64,000 nucleotides of DNA from an uncultured Armatimonadia bacterium (GTDB taxonomy: Bacteria; Armatimonadota; Zipacnadia; Zipacnadales; VGFC01): contig CAZKUN010000007.1 in assembly GCA_964555935.1 (NCBI GenBank), positions 22,474 through 86,473 of the forward strand, read 5' to 3'. Of the stretch, positions 35,925-45,666 are shown one piece after another. The position numbers and the translations under genes are program-made. The number at the start of each line of letters is the position of its first letter. Within the stretch, counting starts at the first letter, position 1. The notes beneath the pieces were generated by a model, which saw only the letters and a program-made list of their open reading frames with translations, was not told the origin of the DNA and made no database searches.

Positions 35925-37532
35925 TCACAGTTCCCGCACCGCCACCTGCACCTGCGCGGGGTCGCTCGGCGCGGTGAATACCACCTCCGCGTCCCCGAAC
36001 ACGTATCGAAGCTCGTCCGGCCTCCCCAGACACGGCGCCAGCAGGTCGCGCACGGCTGGGAGGGTGACGTCGTCGGTGACGATCCAGCGCCCGCTGCCGG
36101 TGGGATGCACCGCATAGCCCTCCGGGCCTACGCCGGACAGTTCGCGGGGAGCCAATCGGCTCGTGGAGACCACCGTCAGTCCGGCCTCGGCCAGTGCCTG
36201 CAGAGCCGCCAAGCACTCCGGCTCCACCCGCTTGCCCACCAAGAAGACCAGCCGAGCGCTGCGGTACAGCTCTGGGTCGGCGGCGGTATGGTCGTAGACG
36301 GCCACGTTGTTGGCGGGGAACAACACGCGGTACGGAATTCCCAAAGGGGTGTTGTAGTTGAGTGCCAGCGTAGGGATCGTGCCGTGCGAGACCACGTGCC
36401 ACACCTTCAGCCAGTAGCGCGTCTCCTCATCGGGGACCAGATTGCTCGCGCCGTAAAGGTTGCGCCGGATCCAGGGGCCGGGGTTCTCCTGCCCCCAGTC
36501 GGAGTCCGGGAACCGAACGATGATCACCTCGGGCGCGAACTCCTCGAAGCGAAGCTGCCGCGGGTGCCCGGGCAGGTATTCACGGATGAACTGGCGCGCC
36601 ACGCGTCCGTAGGCGGAGAGTTCCGCCTGTCCGTCCTTCGCTGCGTACAAGCTCCCCTGGTAGCTGAAGTTCTCGATATACGTGCGCTCCGCGCCCGTCC
36701 AGTACGAGATGAGCAGCGCCGAGCGCAGTTCCTCCGGCGAGTGTCCGGGGTAGCCGGGCATGCCCCACAGGTCCACCGAAGTCCAGTGCTGCACGCCGTA
36801 CTGCTTGGCCGCGCCCATCGCCATCGCGAGGGTCACCGGAGTGATGGTCTCCTTCAGGAGCTTCGGCATCTGAACCAGTCCCGCGCGGGCGAATAGGTGC
36901 TGCAGGTCCGGGAGGACGCTCTCGGTGCCGACGACAGGCGTCTGGCCTGGCTCGCCCGCGCGTTTGGCGAAGCCCGGGAACACGCGCTCCATGAGCGTCT
37001 GCAGGTTGAGCAGATTGCCCGCGTAGGCGCCCTCCAGCGTGTCGCCTTCCGCGTCGTAGAAGTGCGGCTCAAAGGAGCGCGCGGCCGTAACCCAGATACC
37101 GTTACAGATCCAGTGTTCGCACTCGTCAAAGCAGAACCCGAGGAAGCGCGGAGTGGCGAGGCAGCGCTGCACGTACTCGGGCGGTGGTTGGAAGAACCCG
37201 CCCGGTTTGCGGTACAGCGTGGGGTCCCCCGGCTCTCGCCCCGACGGCGAGTTCTCCTGGTTGATCAGGAAGCTGTGCCCGTGCTGTGCCGCCCAGCGGT
37301 CGAGGCGATCAACGTCCTCCACCGTTGGCGCGCCCCAAAAGTGGTGCATCAGGAAGTCGAACCCGATTTGCTCGAAGGCATCCTGCGCGACCGGGTCGTC
37401 GTAGATGTACTTCTTGGAGCCGGCCACATCCACTCCCACGGGCATGGGGTTCGCGGCGGGCTCGGCACGCCCCACGCCCGCAACCACGACCACCAACGCT
37501 GCAACGATCAGTACCCAGGGCACGGTCAGCAT
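35925..37532 (-). CDS. hypothetical secreted protein (signal peptide), possibly glycosidase-like TIM barrel
   Basis: Signal peptide MLTVPWVLIVAALVVVVAGVGRA. Aromatic-rich. Antisense ORFs are Arg-rich. Confidence 0.55.
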   Translation of the reverse strand: MLTVPWVLIVAALVVVVAGVGRAEPAANPMPVGVDVAGSKKYIYDDPVAQDAFEQIGFDFLMHHFWGAPTVEDVDRLDRWAAQHGHSFLINQENSPSGREPGDPTLYRKPGGFFQPPPEYVQRCLATPRFLGFCFDECEHWICNGIWVTAARSFEPHFYDAEGDTLEGAYAGNLLNLQTLMERVFPGFAKRAGEPGQTPVVGTESVLPDLQHLFARAGLVQMPKLLKETITPVTLAMAMGAAKQYGVQHWTSVDLWGMPGYPGHSPEELRSALLISYWTGAERTYIENFSYQGSLYAAKDGQAELSAYGRVARQFIREYLPGHPRQLRFEEFAPEVIIVRFPDSDWGQENPGPWIRRNLYGASNLVPDEETRYWLKVWHVVSHGTIPTLALNYNTPLGIPYRVLFPANNVAVYDHTAADPELYRSARLVFLVGKRVEPECLAALQALAEAGLTVVSTSRLAPRELSGVGPEGYAVHPTGSGRWIVTDDVTLPAVRDLLAPCLGRPDELRYVFGDAEVVFTAPSDPAQVQVAVREL

Positions 37533-37631
37533 GCCTCCTGTGTCGGCGCGAATTCGGCGAGTGGTCGCAAGGTTCTGGGGCCATCCGTGCAGTCTCGCAC
37601 CTTGTCTGGTCAGACGGCCCTGTCCCCTCCG

Positions 37632-38348
37632 TCAGATCCGGTAGAGCGGCTGCGGCGGACCCGATTCATCGATCGCCCATGGCACCCACACCAGCCCGAA
37701 CGCGCGCATCATCGTGTCGCTCTTGCGCGGCGGCACGGTTAGTTCCGCCACTTCGAACTCGCTTGGGTCAGGCTGCGCCTGGAGGTCGGCGATGGCGAGC
37801 CGACATTCCTCCTCCAGAGCATCCAGATTCGCTTGCTCTTCGACCAACGTCTCCTTCGCCCTGCCCACGTCGTCGCGTTGCTGCATCGAGCGCCCCGCGC
37901 CTCGCAACGCGCTTGTCGCGCGGCTGACGTTGCGTTGGCTGGTGAGCTTGCGCCCAAAGAGCGCGCCGACCAGCGTCGCCCCAACCGAGATGGTTGCCTG
38001 CAGCGCGTGCTGGTTCGCCTCCGATTTCTCTCTCGAGACCTTATCCTCGGCGCGGCGGATGCGGTCGCGGATCTGCTTGATCTTCGATTCGTACCTTGTC
38101 CGCAGCTTCGCGACCTCGAGGTCGCGCTTCTCTCGCTCCAGGTGGCTCAGCCCCGCGCGGAACGTCCCCTCGTCCTCACCTGGTTTGCTCGTTCTTTTTA
38201 GCGCGGCGCACGTGAGGAGCGTCACCGGCAGGCAGCGGTATATGTAGTCAACGCAGCCCTTCTGCCACGCCTTGTAGCTCTTGGCCCGGCTGGCTGCGGC
38301 CGGTACGGAGCCGTACTCCGCGGCTAGCTGCGCCGGATGGCGATCCAA
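37632..38348 (-). CDS. hypothetical coiled-coil protein
   Basis: K/E/R-rich heptad-like central region (EREKRDLEVAKLRTRYESKIKQIRDRIRRAEDKV), Cys-containing N-terminus. 90 nt downstream of the YjgR-like ATPase on the same strand. Confidence 0.45.
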   Translation of the reverse strand: MDRHPAQLAAEYGSVPAAASRAKSYKAWQKGCVDYIYRCLPVTLLTCAALKRTSKPGEDEGTFRAGLSHLEREKRDLEVAKLRTRYESKIKQIRDRIRRAEDKVSREKSEANQHALQATISVGATLVGALFGRKLTSQRNVSRATSALRGAGRSMQQRDDVGRAKETLVEEQANLDALEEECRLAIADLQAQPDPSEFEVAELTVPPRKSDTMMRAFGLVWVPWAIDESGPPQPLYRI

Positions 38349-38438
38349 GGCGATGTCCTGAGCGTTGATGGGCTGCGCGTCATCCCAAGCTACCGCGCCA
38401 CCTTCATCAGGGACGCTCGCCAGCAGAACGACACCGCG

Positions 38439-40085
38439 CTACTCGTCGAGTTTCACGCCCACTCGCACGTAATGCGCCTGCGCTGAGGCAATGATCTGGG
38501 GCCGGTACATGATCCGCGCGGAGGATGGGGGAGACGCGGCAATTGGGAGGAAGTACTGCTCGACCTCCGCCGGCATGGGCGGGCGATCGTTTGCCGGCTC
38601 CGGCTCGGGTACGGGTGGTGCCGCGGCCGCCGGCGTTTGCACGGGCGCGGGGGCGGCCGTTGTGGGTGTGGCTTGGAGGCCGGCGGTCAACTGCTGGATC
38701 TGCGACCGCGTCAGCGGCCCGCGAAGGTAAGACATCGCCCACCGCGTGTGGAAGACTACGGGCGCCTCCTCGTGAACGTTGTGCATCAGGAAGACGCGCT
38801 TGCCCAGGCCTGATAGCACGTCGTCGATCTGGGCCCGGTTGAAGCCGCCGCCCGCCGTGGCCGCAACGCCCTCAAGGCCATCCAACACTCGCGCCTTGTC
38901 CCGCTCGGTCTGCAGCCGTCCGATGAACCATGTCCCCGTGTTCGCCAGGCCCTTGTAATCCAGGTCCACTGGGTTCTGCGTCGCCAGCAGGATGCCCAGG
39001 CCAAATGCTCTCGCCTGCTTCAGCAGCATCAGCATCGGGCGCTTGCACGGCGGCGTCGCGACGGGCGGGAAGTAACCGAAGATCTCGTCCATGTATAGCA
39101 GCGCGCGCAGGCTTGATGTCCCGGGTTGGCGCCGCACCCACGCCAGCACCTCATTCAGCAGGAGCGTCAGGAAGAACATCCGCTCGGCATCGGAGAGATG
39201 CGCGATGTTGATGATGGAAAGCCGCGGCCGGCCATCCGGCGCGTGAAGCAGGAGGTCGACATCCATCGGATCGCCCTCGAGCCATGCGCTGAAGCCTGGC
39301 GATGCCAGCAGGTTATTGAGACTCACCGCCAGGTCGAAGCGATCCTTCGATGGATACACCGACTCCAGATCCAGCACACCAACGCGGTCAAACGGCGGGT
39401 CTTGGATATCGCGCACGAGCGACGGCAGGTCGAGATCCTTGCCTTCGCTCCACGCGCGGTGCACGATGTTCGAAAGCAAGATGTGTTCGCGGCTGCGAAC
39501 GGGATCCGGGTCCAGCCCAACCAGCGCCAACAGGCCCGATACCGCGCCCTGCACGCGATCGTTGAGGGCCTCGGAATCTCCAGCCAACTCCGGCCCCGGC
39601 GCGCTGAACGACTTCAGCACGTTCAGCGGCACGCCCGTCGTGCTTCCCGGGGTGTAGACCACGGTATCCGAGGCTGCCTTCAGCCTCGCAATTCGCTCTC
39701 CGTCCTGATCCCATTCGGCGAGGCCCTCGCGCCACTGAGTAGCGGTCTCCTTGGCGAAATCGTCGGGCGTCATGCCCGCGCGAGCCGCCTGGTCGTCGTC
39801 GATCCACGGGCGGAAGTCCTCCGGCCGAAGCTCGGGGAACGTCAGCATCAGGTTGCCGAGATCGCCCTTCACGTCGATGACGATCGCCGGCACCCCATCG
39901 ATCGCCGCCTCCTCGAGCAGCGACACGCACAGCCCCGTCTTGCCGCTCCCCGTCATCCCCACGCAAATGCCGTGCGTTGTCAGATCCTTCGAGTCGTACA
40001 GCAGCAGATCATCCAGGATCTTCCCGGCGGTCATATCGTATTCGCGACCCAGGTAGAGCGAGCCCAGCTTCTCGTAATCGTGCAT
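38439..40085 (-). CDS. YjgR/DUF853-type HerA-FtsK superfamily P-loop ATPase
   Basis: GMTGSGKTG Walker A followed by [13 protein letters not shown], matching the E. coli YjgR GATGTGKT...ADVKGDL pattern by recall. Pro/Ala-rich linker near C-terminus. Confidence 0.7.
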   Translation of the reverse strand: MHDYEKLGSLYLGREYDMTAGKILDDLLLYDSKDLTTHGICVGMTGSGKTGLCVSLLEEAAIDGVPAIVIDVKGDLGNLMLTFPELRPEDFRPWIDDDQAARAGMTPDDFAKETATQWREGLAEWDQDGERIARLKAASDTVVYTPGSTTGVPLNVLKSFSAPGPELAGDSEALNDRVQGAVSGLLALVGLDPDPVRSREHILLSNIVHRAWSEGKDLDLPSLVRDIQDPPFDRVGVLDLESVYPSKDRFDLAVSLNNLLASPGFSAWLEGDPMDVDLLLHAPDGRPRLSIINIAHLSDAERMFFLTLLLNEVLAWVRRQPGTSSLRALLYMDEIFGYFPPVATPPCKRPMLMLLKQARAFGLGILLATQNPVDLDYKGLANTGTWFIGRLQTERDKARVLDGLEGVAATAGGGFNRAQIDDVLSGLGKRVFLMHNVHEEAPVVFHTRWAMSYLRGPLTRSQIQQLTAGLQATPTTAAPAPVQTPAAAAPPVPEPEPANDRPPMPAEVEQYFLPIAASPPSSARIMYRPQIIASAQAHYVRVGVKLDE

Positions 40086-40118
40086 GCCTGGCTTGATCCT
40101 CCCGCTGGTGTCTTCGGT

Positions 40119-41756
40119 TCACGCGCCTGCGAATGGAATGTCGCCGAACGCCTCGAGGTAGCTCGCGACGTTGCCTGCGCCGGCTCCCGCCACGAGGCTG
40201 AGATAGTCCGGGGTCAGGAAGTCGATGGGGATCTGCGATTCCCACACGACGTCTTCATCATCGTCGAGCGCGAGTCGGCCAAATGAATCGCCATAGTTCC
40301 TCTGCAGGAGGCTGGCGGCGACGCCCGCATACTCCGACGGCGGCGCGTTCGGGCCAGGTGGCATCCCGCCGATCTGGCAGTAAGTGTAGACCATGCCCTT
40401 GTAGATCTTCGTCCGGATTACGACGTCGTTGTCGTATGGCACCTCAAACAGGTTCTCGCCCTCGGTGTACTTGAGGCCCGATTGGTCGAGGAGGCCCTTC
40501 AGTTGGGCGAGCTGCGTTGTCTCGTCGCCTTCGGGGAAGAGGTGCTCGACGGAACTCAGCTCCTGCCCGTCTAGAAGCTGCTGCCAGCGAGCGGCCTCAT
40601 TCGCGCCGGCCATGGCGAGAGACGCGACGTGTCCGGGCGTCACCGCGAAGATCGGCACCAGCTCTTCCCAGTACATCATCTTCCCGCCGTCCGTCTCGTT
40701 CACCGTGTACTTGCCGACGGGCGCGTCGTATGTGAGTCGCAACGCATCGAAGGCGTAACCATCCTGCTCCTCGACGGTGTTGCCTGGCAGCGGCCCCAGC
40801 GACGTGAAGATCCGCAGGAACTCCTGCAGCTCCTGGGCCGCCACTGTCGTGCCGTTGTCGAAGTCCATCGAGTACAAGCCCGGCACCATCTCCTCGTACT
40901 TGAGCCCAGCGTCGTCAAGCAGCCTGGCGACGGGGCTGGTGGAGGTGTCGACCACCAGCGGCTTGGGATCGTCGCTCGGGTCTGACTTGAGCCAGTCGCG
41001 CAACACGTTCGAGGGTATGGCGAGTTTCGTATCGCCGTAGCTCACGCGCAGACGCAGCACGGTAACTGCTATCACCTTGCCGTCGGCATCGACGATCGGC
41101 CCGCCGCTGTTGCCGTTCTCGATGTCGGCGTCATGTTCGATCATCTTGCGATTGTCCCATATCCGGTGCGCCGAGACCGTCCCGCTGCGTATCGACAACT
41201 CGGGCATGCCCAACGGATGCCCGCACGCGTAGACGCGCGACGTCTCCTTTGCTGCGTCGGAGTCGTTGAGTTGCAGGTGCGCGTCCGGAGTCCGGCTGAC
41301 GCGCAACAGCGCGAGATCGAGTTCTTGGTTCTCACGGACGACCTCGGCGTCAACCGATTCTTCCTGGGAGGTTCCGGCGTGAAGCACTAGCCGCACGACG
41401 CGGTTAGTGCCCGTGAGTGGAGTCCCGTCCTCGTCATGCTGGGTCATGCTGATGACATGAGCGTTGGTTACGGCGTAGCCATCGTCAGAGATAAAGAACC
41501 CGCTGCCAGTGCCGTCCCAGCGTTGCCCACCGGCCAAGTCGAGCGTCAACTCAACCAACACGACCGCGTCCTTGACGCGATCGACTGTGTCGTCGGACAG
41601 TTCGCCTGACGACGTGGCAGGGGTCGGGGTGGTAGTGGTGGTCGGCCCCGTGCCGCCGTCATTTGCTGGAGGAACCGTGGGGCACCCGCTCAGCGCGACA
41701 GCGACGATCACCATCGGAACCAGCGCAGCCATCTTCACTGCTGATAAACGCCTCAT
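40119..41756 (-). CDS. trypsin-like serine protease lipoprotein (S1/HtrA-like catalytic domain plus C-terminal unknown domain)
   Basis: Lipobox LSGC. His block AVTNAHV and Ser block GNSGGPIV. No obvious PDZ; about 250-aa C-terminal extension. Confidence 0.7.
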   Translation of the reverse strand: MRRLSAVKMAALVPMVIVAVALSGCPTVPPANDGGTGPTTTTTPTPATSSGELSDDTVDRVKDAVVLVELTLDLAGGQRWDGTGSGFFISDDGYAVTNAHVISMTQHDEDGTPLTGTNRVVRLVLHAGTSQEESVDAEVVRENQELDLALLRVSRTPDAHLQLNDSDAAKETSRVYACGHPLGMPELSIRSGTVSAHRIWDNRKMIEHDADIENGNSGGPIVDADGKVIAVTVLRLRVSYGDTKLAIPSNVLRDWLKSDPSDDPKPLVVDTSTSPVARLLDDAGLKYEEMVPGLYSMDFDNGTTVAAQELQEFLRIFTSLGPLPGNTVEEQDGYAFDALRLTYDAPVGKYTVNETDGGKMMYWEELVPIFAVTPGHVASLAMAGANEAARWQQLLDGQELSSVEHLFPEGDETTQLAQLKGLLDQSGLKYTEGENLFEVPYDNDVVIRTKIYKGMVYTYCQIGGMPPGPNAPPSEYAGVAASLLQRNYGDSFGRLALDDDEDVVWESQIPIDFLTPDYLSLVAGAGAGNVASYLEAFGDIPFAGA

Positions 41757-41907
41757 CTGTATCCGCCCCCCAAAGTGCTACACCGTCGTTTACCAAGCAA
41801 CCCATACCTTGACCACCAAAGTTCCAGCATCCTGCCCAAAACGAAACAGGCCACGGGCGTGAGCCGCGTGGCCTGTCATGGATGCGTGGGGGTCTATTGG
41901 ACTCGCG

Positions 41908-42828
41908 CTAGAAGGTGCGGGTAAGCTGGTCTTGGTTCGCGCCATCCGGATCGGCGACCCAAAGCTGGCGGTCACGCGTGAAACAGATGCGCGTGCCGTC
42001 TGGCTTCCACTGCGGGTAACCGTCCGAGCGACCGTCGCTGGTAATCTGCGTCAAACCCGTGCCGTCCGGCGCGATGCTCCAGATATCGAAGTCGCCCGCG
42101 CGGTTGGACGCGAAGAGGATCTTCGTGCCATCCGGCGACCACGCCGGATGCTCGTCGCGCGAGGTCGACGTGGTGATCTGTGTCAACCCGCCGGTCGTCA
42201 GGTCGACGATCCAGATGTCCGTGTTGCCTGCCCGGTCCGACTGGAAAGCCACGCGGTTGCCGTCCGGGGCGAAGGAAGCCCACTGGTCGTTGGCCGTGTC
42301 GGTGGTGACGGGCGTCTGGGTGGCGGGCGTCGCCAGCGCCAGGATGTAGATGTCGTTGTTGCCGTCGCGGTTCGTCGTGAACAGCAGCCGGTCGCCCGTT
42401 GGCGACCAGGCGGGCTGCCCGTCTGATGCCGGATCGGTGGTGAGTTGGTCGAGGCGATTACGGTCCCCGCCCTGCGCGTTGATGAGGTAGATATCCTCGC
42501 TCACCGAGCGCCTCGAGCCGATCGCGACTGTCGCGCCATCAGGGCTGTACGTGGGGTGGAAGCCGCCCTCGTCCGTGAGGTCGGCGTCATTGTCCGACGG
42601 CGTGAGCGCTGTAACAGAGCCGCCCCGCTCGTTGATTGTGCTGACGTAGCGCAGGCCGTTGCCGCCGAAGCTGGCGAAGGCGACAAGCCCGGTTGGTCCG
42701 AACCCGCAGCGCTCCGACAGAGTGAAGAACGCGACGCTCTCGCCGCTCGAACTGCATCCGGCAAGTACAACAGACGCAAACAGTGGTATAAGGACTATGG
42801 ACGCCAGTACCAGGGACCTTCTCGTCAT
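41908..42828 (-). CDS. TolB-like PD40 beta-propeller lipoprotein
   Basis: Lipobox VLAGCSSS. Repeated PD40 units (P.WSPDG...F.S.R.G..DI...). Confidence 0.7.
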   Translation of the reverse strand: MTRRSLVLASIVLIPLFASVVLAGCSSSGESVAFFTLSERCGFGPTGLVAFASFGGNGLRYVSTINERGGSVTALTPSDNDADLTDEGGFHPTYSPDGATVAIGSRRSVSEDIYLINAQGGDRNRLDQLTTDPASDGQPAWSPTGDRLLFTTNRDGNNDIYILALATPATQTPVTTDTANDQWASFAPDGNRVAFQSDRAGNTDIWIVDLTTGGLTQITTSTSRDEHPAWSPDGTKILFASNRAGDFDIWSIAPDGTGLTQITSDGRSDGYPQWKPDGTRICFTRDRQLWVADPDGANQDQLTRTF

Positions 42829-43198
42829 GAAAGCACTCCCTTTGCCCCGGCTGTCTCGGGGCTGGGCAACGTGTAAGCCGTTAGTGCGCCGTCAGGGATC
42901 AGATATCCTGCCGGGTGCAGTGCGCCTGTTATATGGACATTGCTGAGCGCCCTTAGTTTCGCGCCAGATTATAGCCCGTCCCGTAGGGAGGGTCAAGGGA
43001 ACGTAAGAGCCGCCGGGAGCACTTATCAGAGTAGGAGAACGCCCGAAATGCACTCGCAACATCTCACACAACATCAGGTGGGTCTCCGCCTCCCCCGCAA
43101 CGCGGTGGAGGGCGTCGGGTTGTCAACGCAGGATGGTTGTGCTACTATCACCCGCGTTTGGCGTGGTCGGGGGCCCTTAAGCATCTGGGGGGAATCAC

Positions 43199-44278
43199 GT
43201 GGAGCCTGACCGACCCTTTGGAGACGGAGTTCGCGCCGAGCGGGTCCTGATCATCGACAGCGATCCGGCGGTCCGCCACGCCATCAGGCAAGGCCTCTTG
43301 CGCGATGGCTTTGACGTAATCGAGGCCGACGATGGCTACGATGGACGGGCCAAAGCCCTCTCTGAATCCCCATCGGTTGTCCTTCTTGAGCTGGTCCTGC
43401 CCCGAATGAGCGGCCTGGAGGTCTGCCAGCGTCTCAAGGAGGGGATCACCACTCAGCAGATACCGATAATCGTCCTGACCCAGCGCAATCGCGTTGAGGA
43501 CAAGTTGCGCGCGATAGAGGCTGGTGCGGACGATTACCTCTCAAAGCCCGTCGACGTCCGCGAGGTCTGCGCGCGGATTCGCGGTATCATCCGCCGCTCG
43601 AAGCGCGACCGAGGCGCCAGCCCGCTTACTGGTCTGCCGGGCAACGTCGTGCTCGAGCAAGAGATCGCCGAGCGCGTCGCCAAGCCCGGCCAGCTCGCGG
43701 TTGTTCACCTCGATCTCAACAACTTCAAGCCGTACAACGACTACTATAGCTACAAGCGAGGCGATCAAGTCCTGCGCCTGACCGCCCAACTCATTACCGA
43801 AGCCGCTCGCGGAAGCGGTGATCCGGATACGTTTGTCTCTCACCTTGGCGGCGACGATTTCTTCGTCGTCACTACGCCGGATCGCGCCGACGCCATCGCG
43901 AACCGCGCGCTCCAGGGGTTCGACGCCCTCATCCCGCTGCATTACGACGATGAGGACCGTCGCGTCGGCTACATTACGGCCGCCAACAGACAGGGACTCG
44001 AGCAGAACTTCCCGCTCATGTCCCTCGCCGCGTGCATCGCCACGAACGAGGCGCCCCACATCACCCACCCCGGCCAGATAGCTCAGACGCTGACCGAGCT
44101 AAAGAGCGTTGCCAAGCGTGCCGGGCGCAGTGCCGTGGTTCGCGACCGAAGGGGTTCAGTCCGGAAGGGGGCCGCGCAGCCCGGGGCGAATACTCCCGCG
44201 GATGAGAGTACGCCGGATGGTGCGGACGACTCCGAGCACGCAGCGGCCGAGGCGTCTAGCACGGAGCGAGTTTACTAA
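43199..44278 (+). CDS. response regulator with REC domain and variant GGDEF domain (GGDDF)
   Basis: REC (ERVLIIDSD...D, K of PVD). Output domain has HLGGDDFFVV in place of GGDEF/GGEEF and lacks an RxxD I-site. GTG start. Confidence 0.75.
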   Translation: MEPDRPFGDGVRAERVLIIDSDPAVRHAIRQGLLRDGFDVIEADDGYDGRAKALSESPSVVLLELVLPRMSGLEVCQRLKEGITTQQIPIIVLTQRNRVEDKLRAIEAGADDYLSKPVDVREVCARIRGIIRRSKRDRGASPLTGLPGNVVLEQEIAERVAKPGQLAVVHLDLNNFKPYNDYYSYKRGDQVLRLTAQLITEAARGSGDPDTFVSHLGGDDFFVVTTPDRADAIANRALQGFDALIPLHYDDEDRRVGYITAANRQGLEQNFPLMSLAACIATNEAPHITHPGQIAQTLTELKSVAKRAGRSAVVRDRRGSVRKGAAQPGANTPADESTPDGADDSEHAAAEASSTERVY

Positions 44279-44299
44279 CGATGGGGAGGCCCGGGGTAC

Positions 44300-44713
44300 A
44301 TGGCCAGTAAGATCCTGATGGTCGACGACGAGCGCGACCTGGTCTTTGCGACCAAGCTGTATCTGGAGGCAGAAGACTACGAGGTCCTGCCGGCCTATGA
44401 TGGCGCCCAGGCGCTGGAGCTTCTTGAGGATCCGGCGAACAGGCCGGATCTTATCATCCTGGACGTATTCATGCCGCGGATGTCGGGCTGGGACGTGCTG
44501 CGGATGGTGCGAGGCCGTGACGAGTGGCGCGCCATCCCCGTCATCATGCTCACCGCCGCCGGTCAGGACGCCGACAAGGCCCGCGGTTGGGATCTTGGCG
44601 TCGATTGGTACCAGACAAAACCATTTGACCCTAAGGATCTGCTTGTCGTCTTGGAGCGCGTCATCTCCGCGGCCGGCGAGCAAGCTGACGAAGACCGCCT
44701 TCTCGACCAGTGA
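44300..44713 (+). CDS. single-domain response regulator (CheY-like)
   Basis: ILMVDDE, phospho-acceptor Asp in LIILD, conserved T and K (QTKPF). Confidence 0.85.
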   Translation: MASKILMVDDERDLVFATKLYLEAEDYEVLPAYDGAQALELLEDPANRPDLIILDVFMPRMSGWDVLRMVRGRDEWRAIPVIMLTAAGQDADKARGWDLGVDWYQTKPFDPKDLLVVLERVISAAGEQADEDRLLDQ

Positions 44714-44820
44714 TAGGTTCTCCCAGAGGCACTCGCTCGTCCCTTAAGCGCCCTGCCGCGAATGCCGCGCCGGTCGCCTGATCTGGGGGCTTTGGCATCA
44801 CCACCGGAATCCTCATCGCC

Positions 44821-45663
44821 TTGGCCGCCGCCTGCTGCGTAGCCGTGGCGCACGCGATGGCCAAGGACGTCCTCCACAAGCTTCCACTCACCCAGTTCTA
44901 CGCCGTCAGGACGGGCGCTGGAGCCATCGTCTCGTTCGCCGCCGTGGTTCTCCTGGGCGACCTGCCCGTGCTGCTCAGCATGTCCGCGCCCGCGCTGCTG
45001 ATCGTCTTCGGCGCCGGCTTGCTTGTGCCGCTGCTGGTCAACCTACTCTCGTTCTGGTCGATGCGCCGCATGCCCCTCAACGTCCACGCGCCGCTGTTTC
45101 GCACCTACGTCGTCAGCGTGTTCATCCTCTCGCTCTTCTTCCTCAAGGATGAAGTCTGGACGCCACTCTCCGCTAGCGCGGTCATCGTGACTTTCATCGG
45201 AGTGGTCGCGTTCACAGCGGCCAAGAAGCCCGACCGGCACCACAAGACACCCCTAAAGGCGATCATCGTCTGCCTCATCGGGGCGTTCTGCTTCGCGGTC
45301 GGCAAGATCCTCTGGAAGAAAATGGGGGCCGTCGCGTCGCCGGCGATCATCACCTTCGCCGGCACGATGACCTGCGCGGTCATCTTCAACATCGCCTACG
45401 CCGTCGACCGACCGGAGACGGGCCCGGTTAAGGACCAGCTCATAGCCATCATCTCGGGCATTCTCGTCTTCGTCGGCGGAAACATGCTTGTGATCACGGC
45501 GCTCCAACACGCGCCGACCGCCGTCGTCAGTGCCATCCACTCCACCAGCGCCCTCTTGATCGCCGCGCTCGCCTTCGTGTTTCTGGGCGAGCGATGGACG
45601 AGATGGCAGGCCATGGCGGCGCTCATCATCGTCGCCGGCCTCGTGATGCTCTTCTTCAGGTGA
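44821..45663 (+). CDS. DMT superfamily (EamA-like) transporter
   Basis: About 9-10 TM helices in two EamA-like halves. Starts with TTG in ORF track (an ATG exists at 44857). Confidence 0.7.
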   Translation: MAAACCVAVAHAMAKDVLHKLPLTQFYAVRTGAGAIVSFAAVVLLGDLPVLLSMSAPALLIVFGAGLLVPLLVNLLSFWSMRRMPLNVHAPLFRTYVVSVFILSLFFLKDEVWTPLSASAVIVTFIGVVAFTAAKKPDRHHKTPLKAIIVCLIGAFCFAVGKILWKKMGAVASPAIITFAGTMTCAVIFNIAYAVDRPETGPVKDQLIAIISGILVFVGGNMLVITALQHAPTAVVSAIHSTSALLIAALAFVFLGERWTRWQAMAALIIVAGLVMLFFR

Positions 45664-45666
45664 GCC

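Noticed and set aside
35850-37742. Plus-strand ORFs of 348 and 281 aa opposite the secreted hypothetical protein
   Set aside because: Arg/Pro/Gly-rich artefact composition. The minus-strand ORF has a signal peptide and balanced composition.
39126-40286. 386-aa plus-strand ORF antisense to the YjgR-like ATPase
   Set aside because: No motifs and Arg/His-rich. The minus-strand frame carries the Walker A and YjgR blocks.
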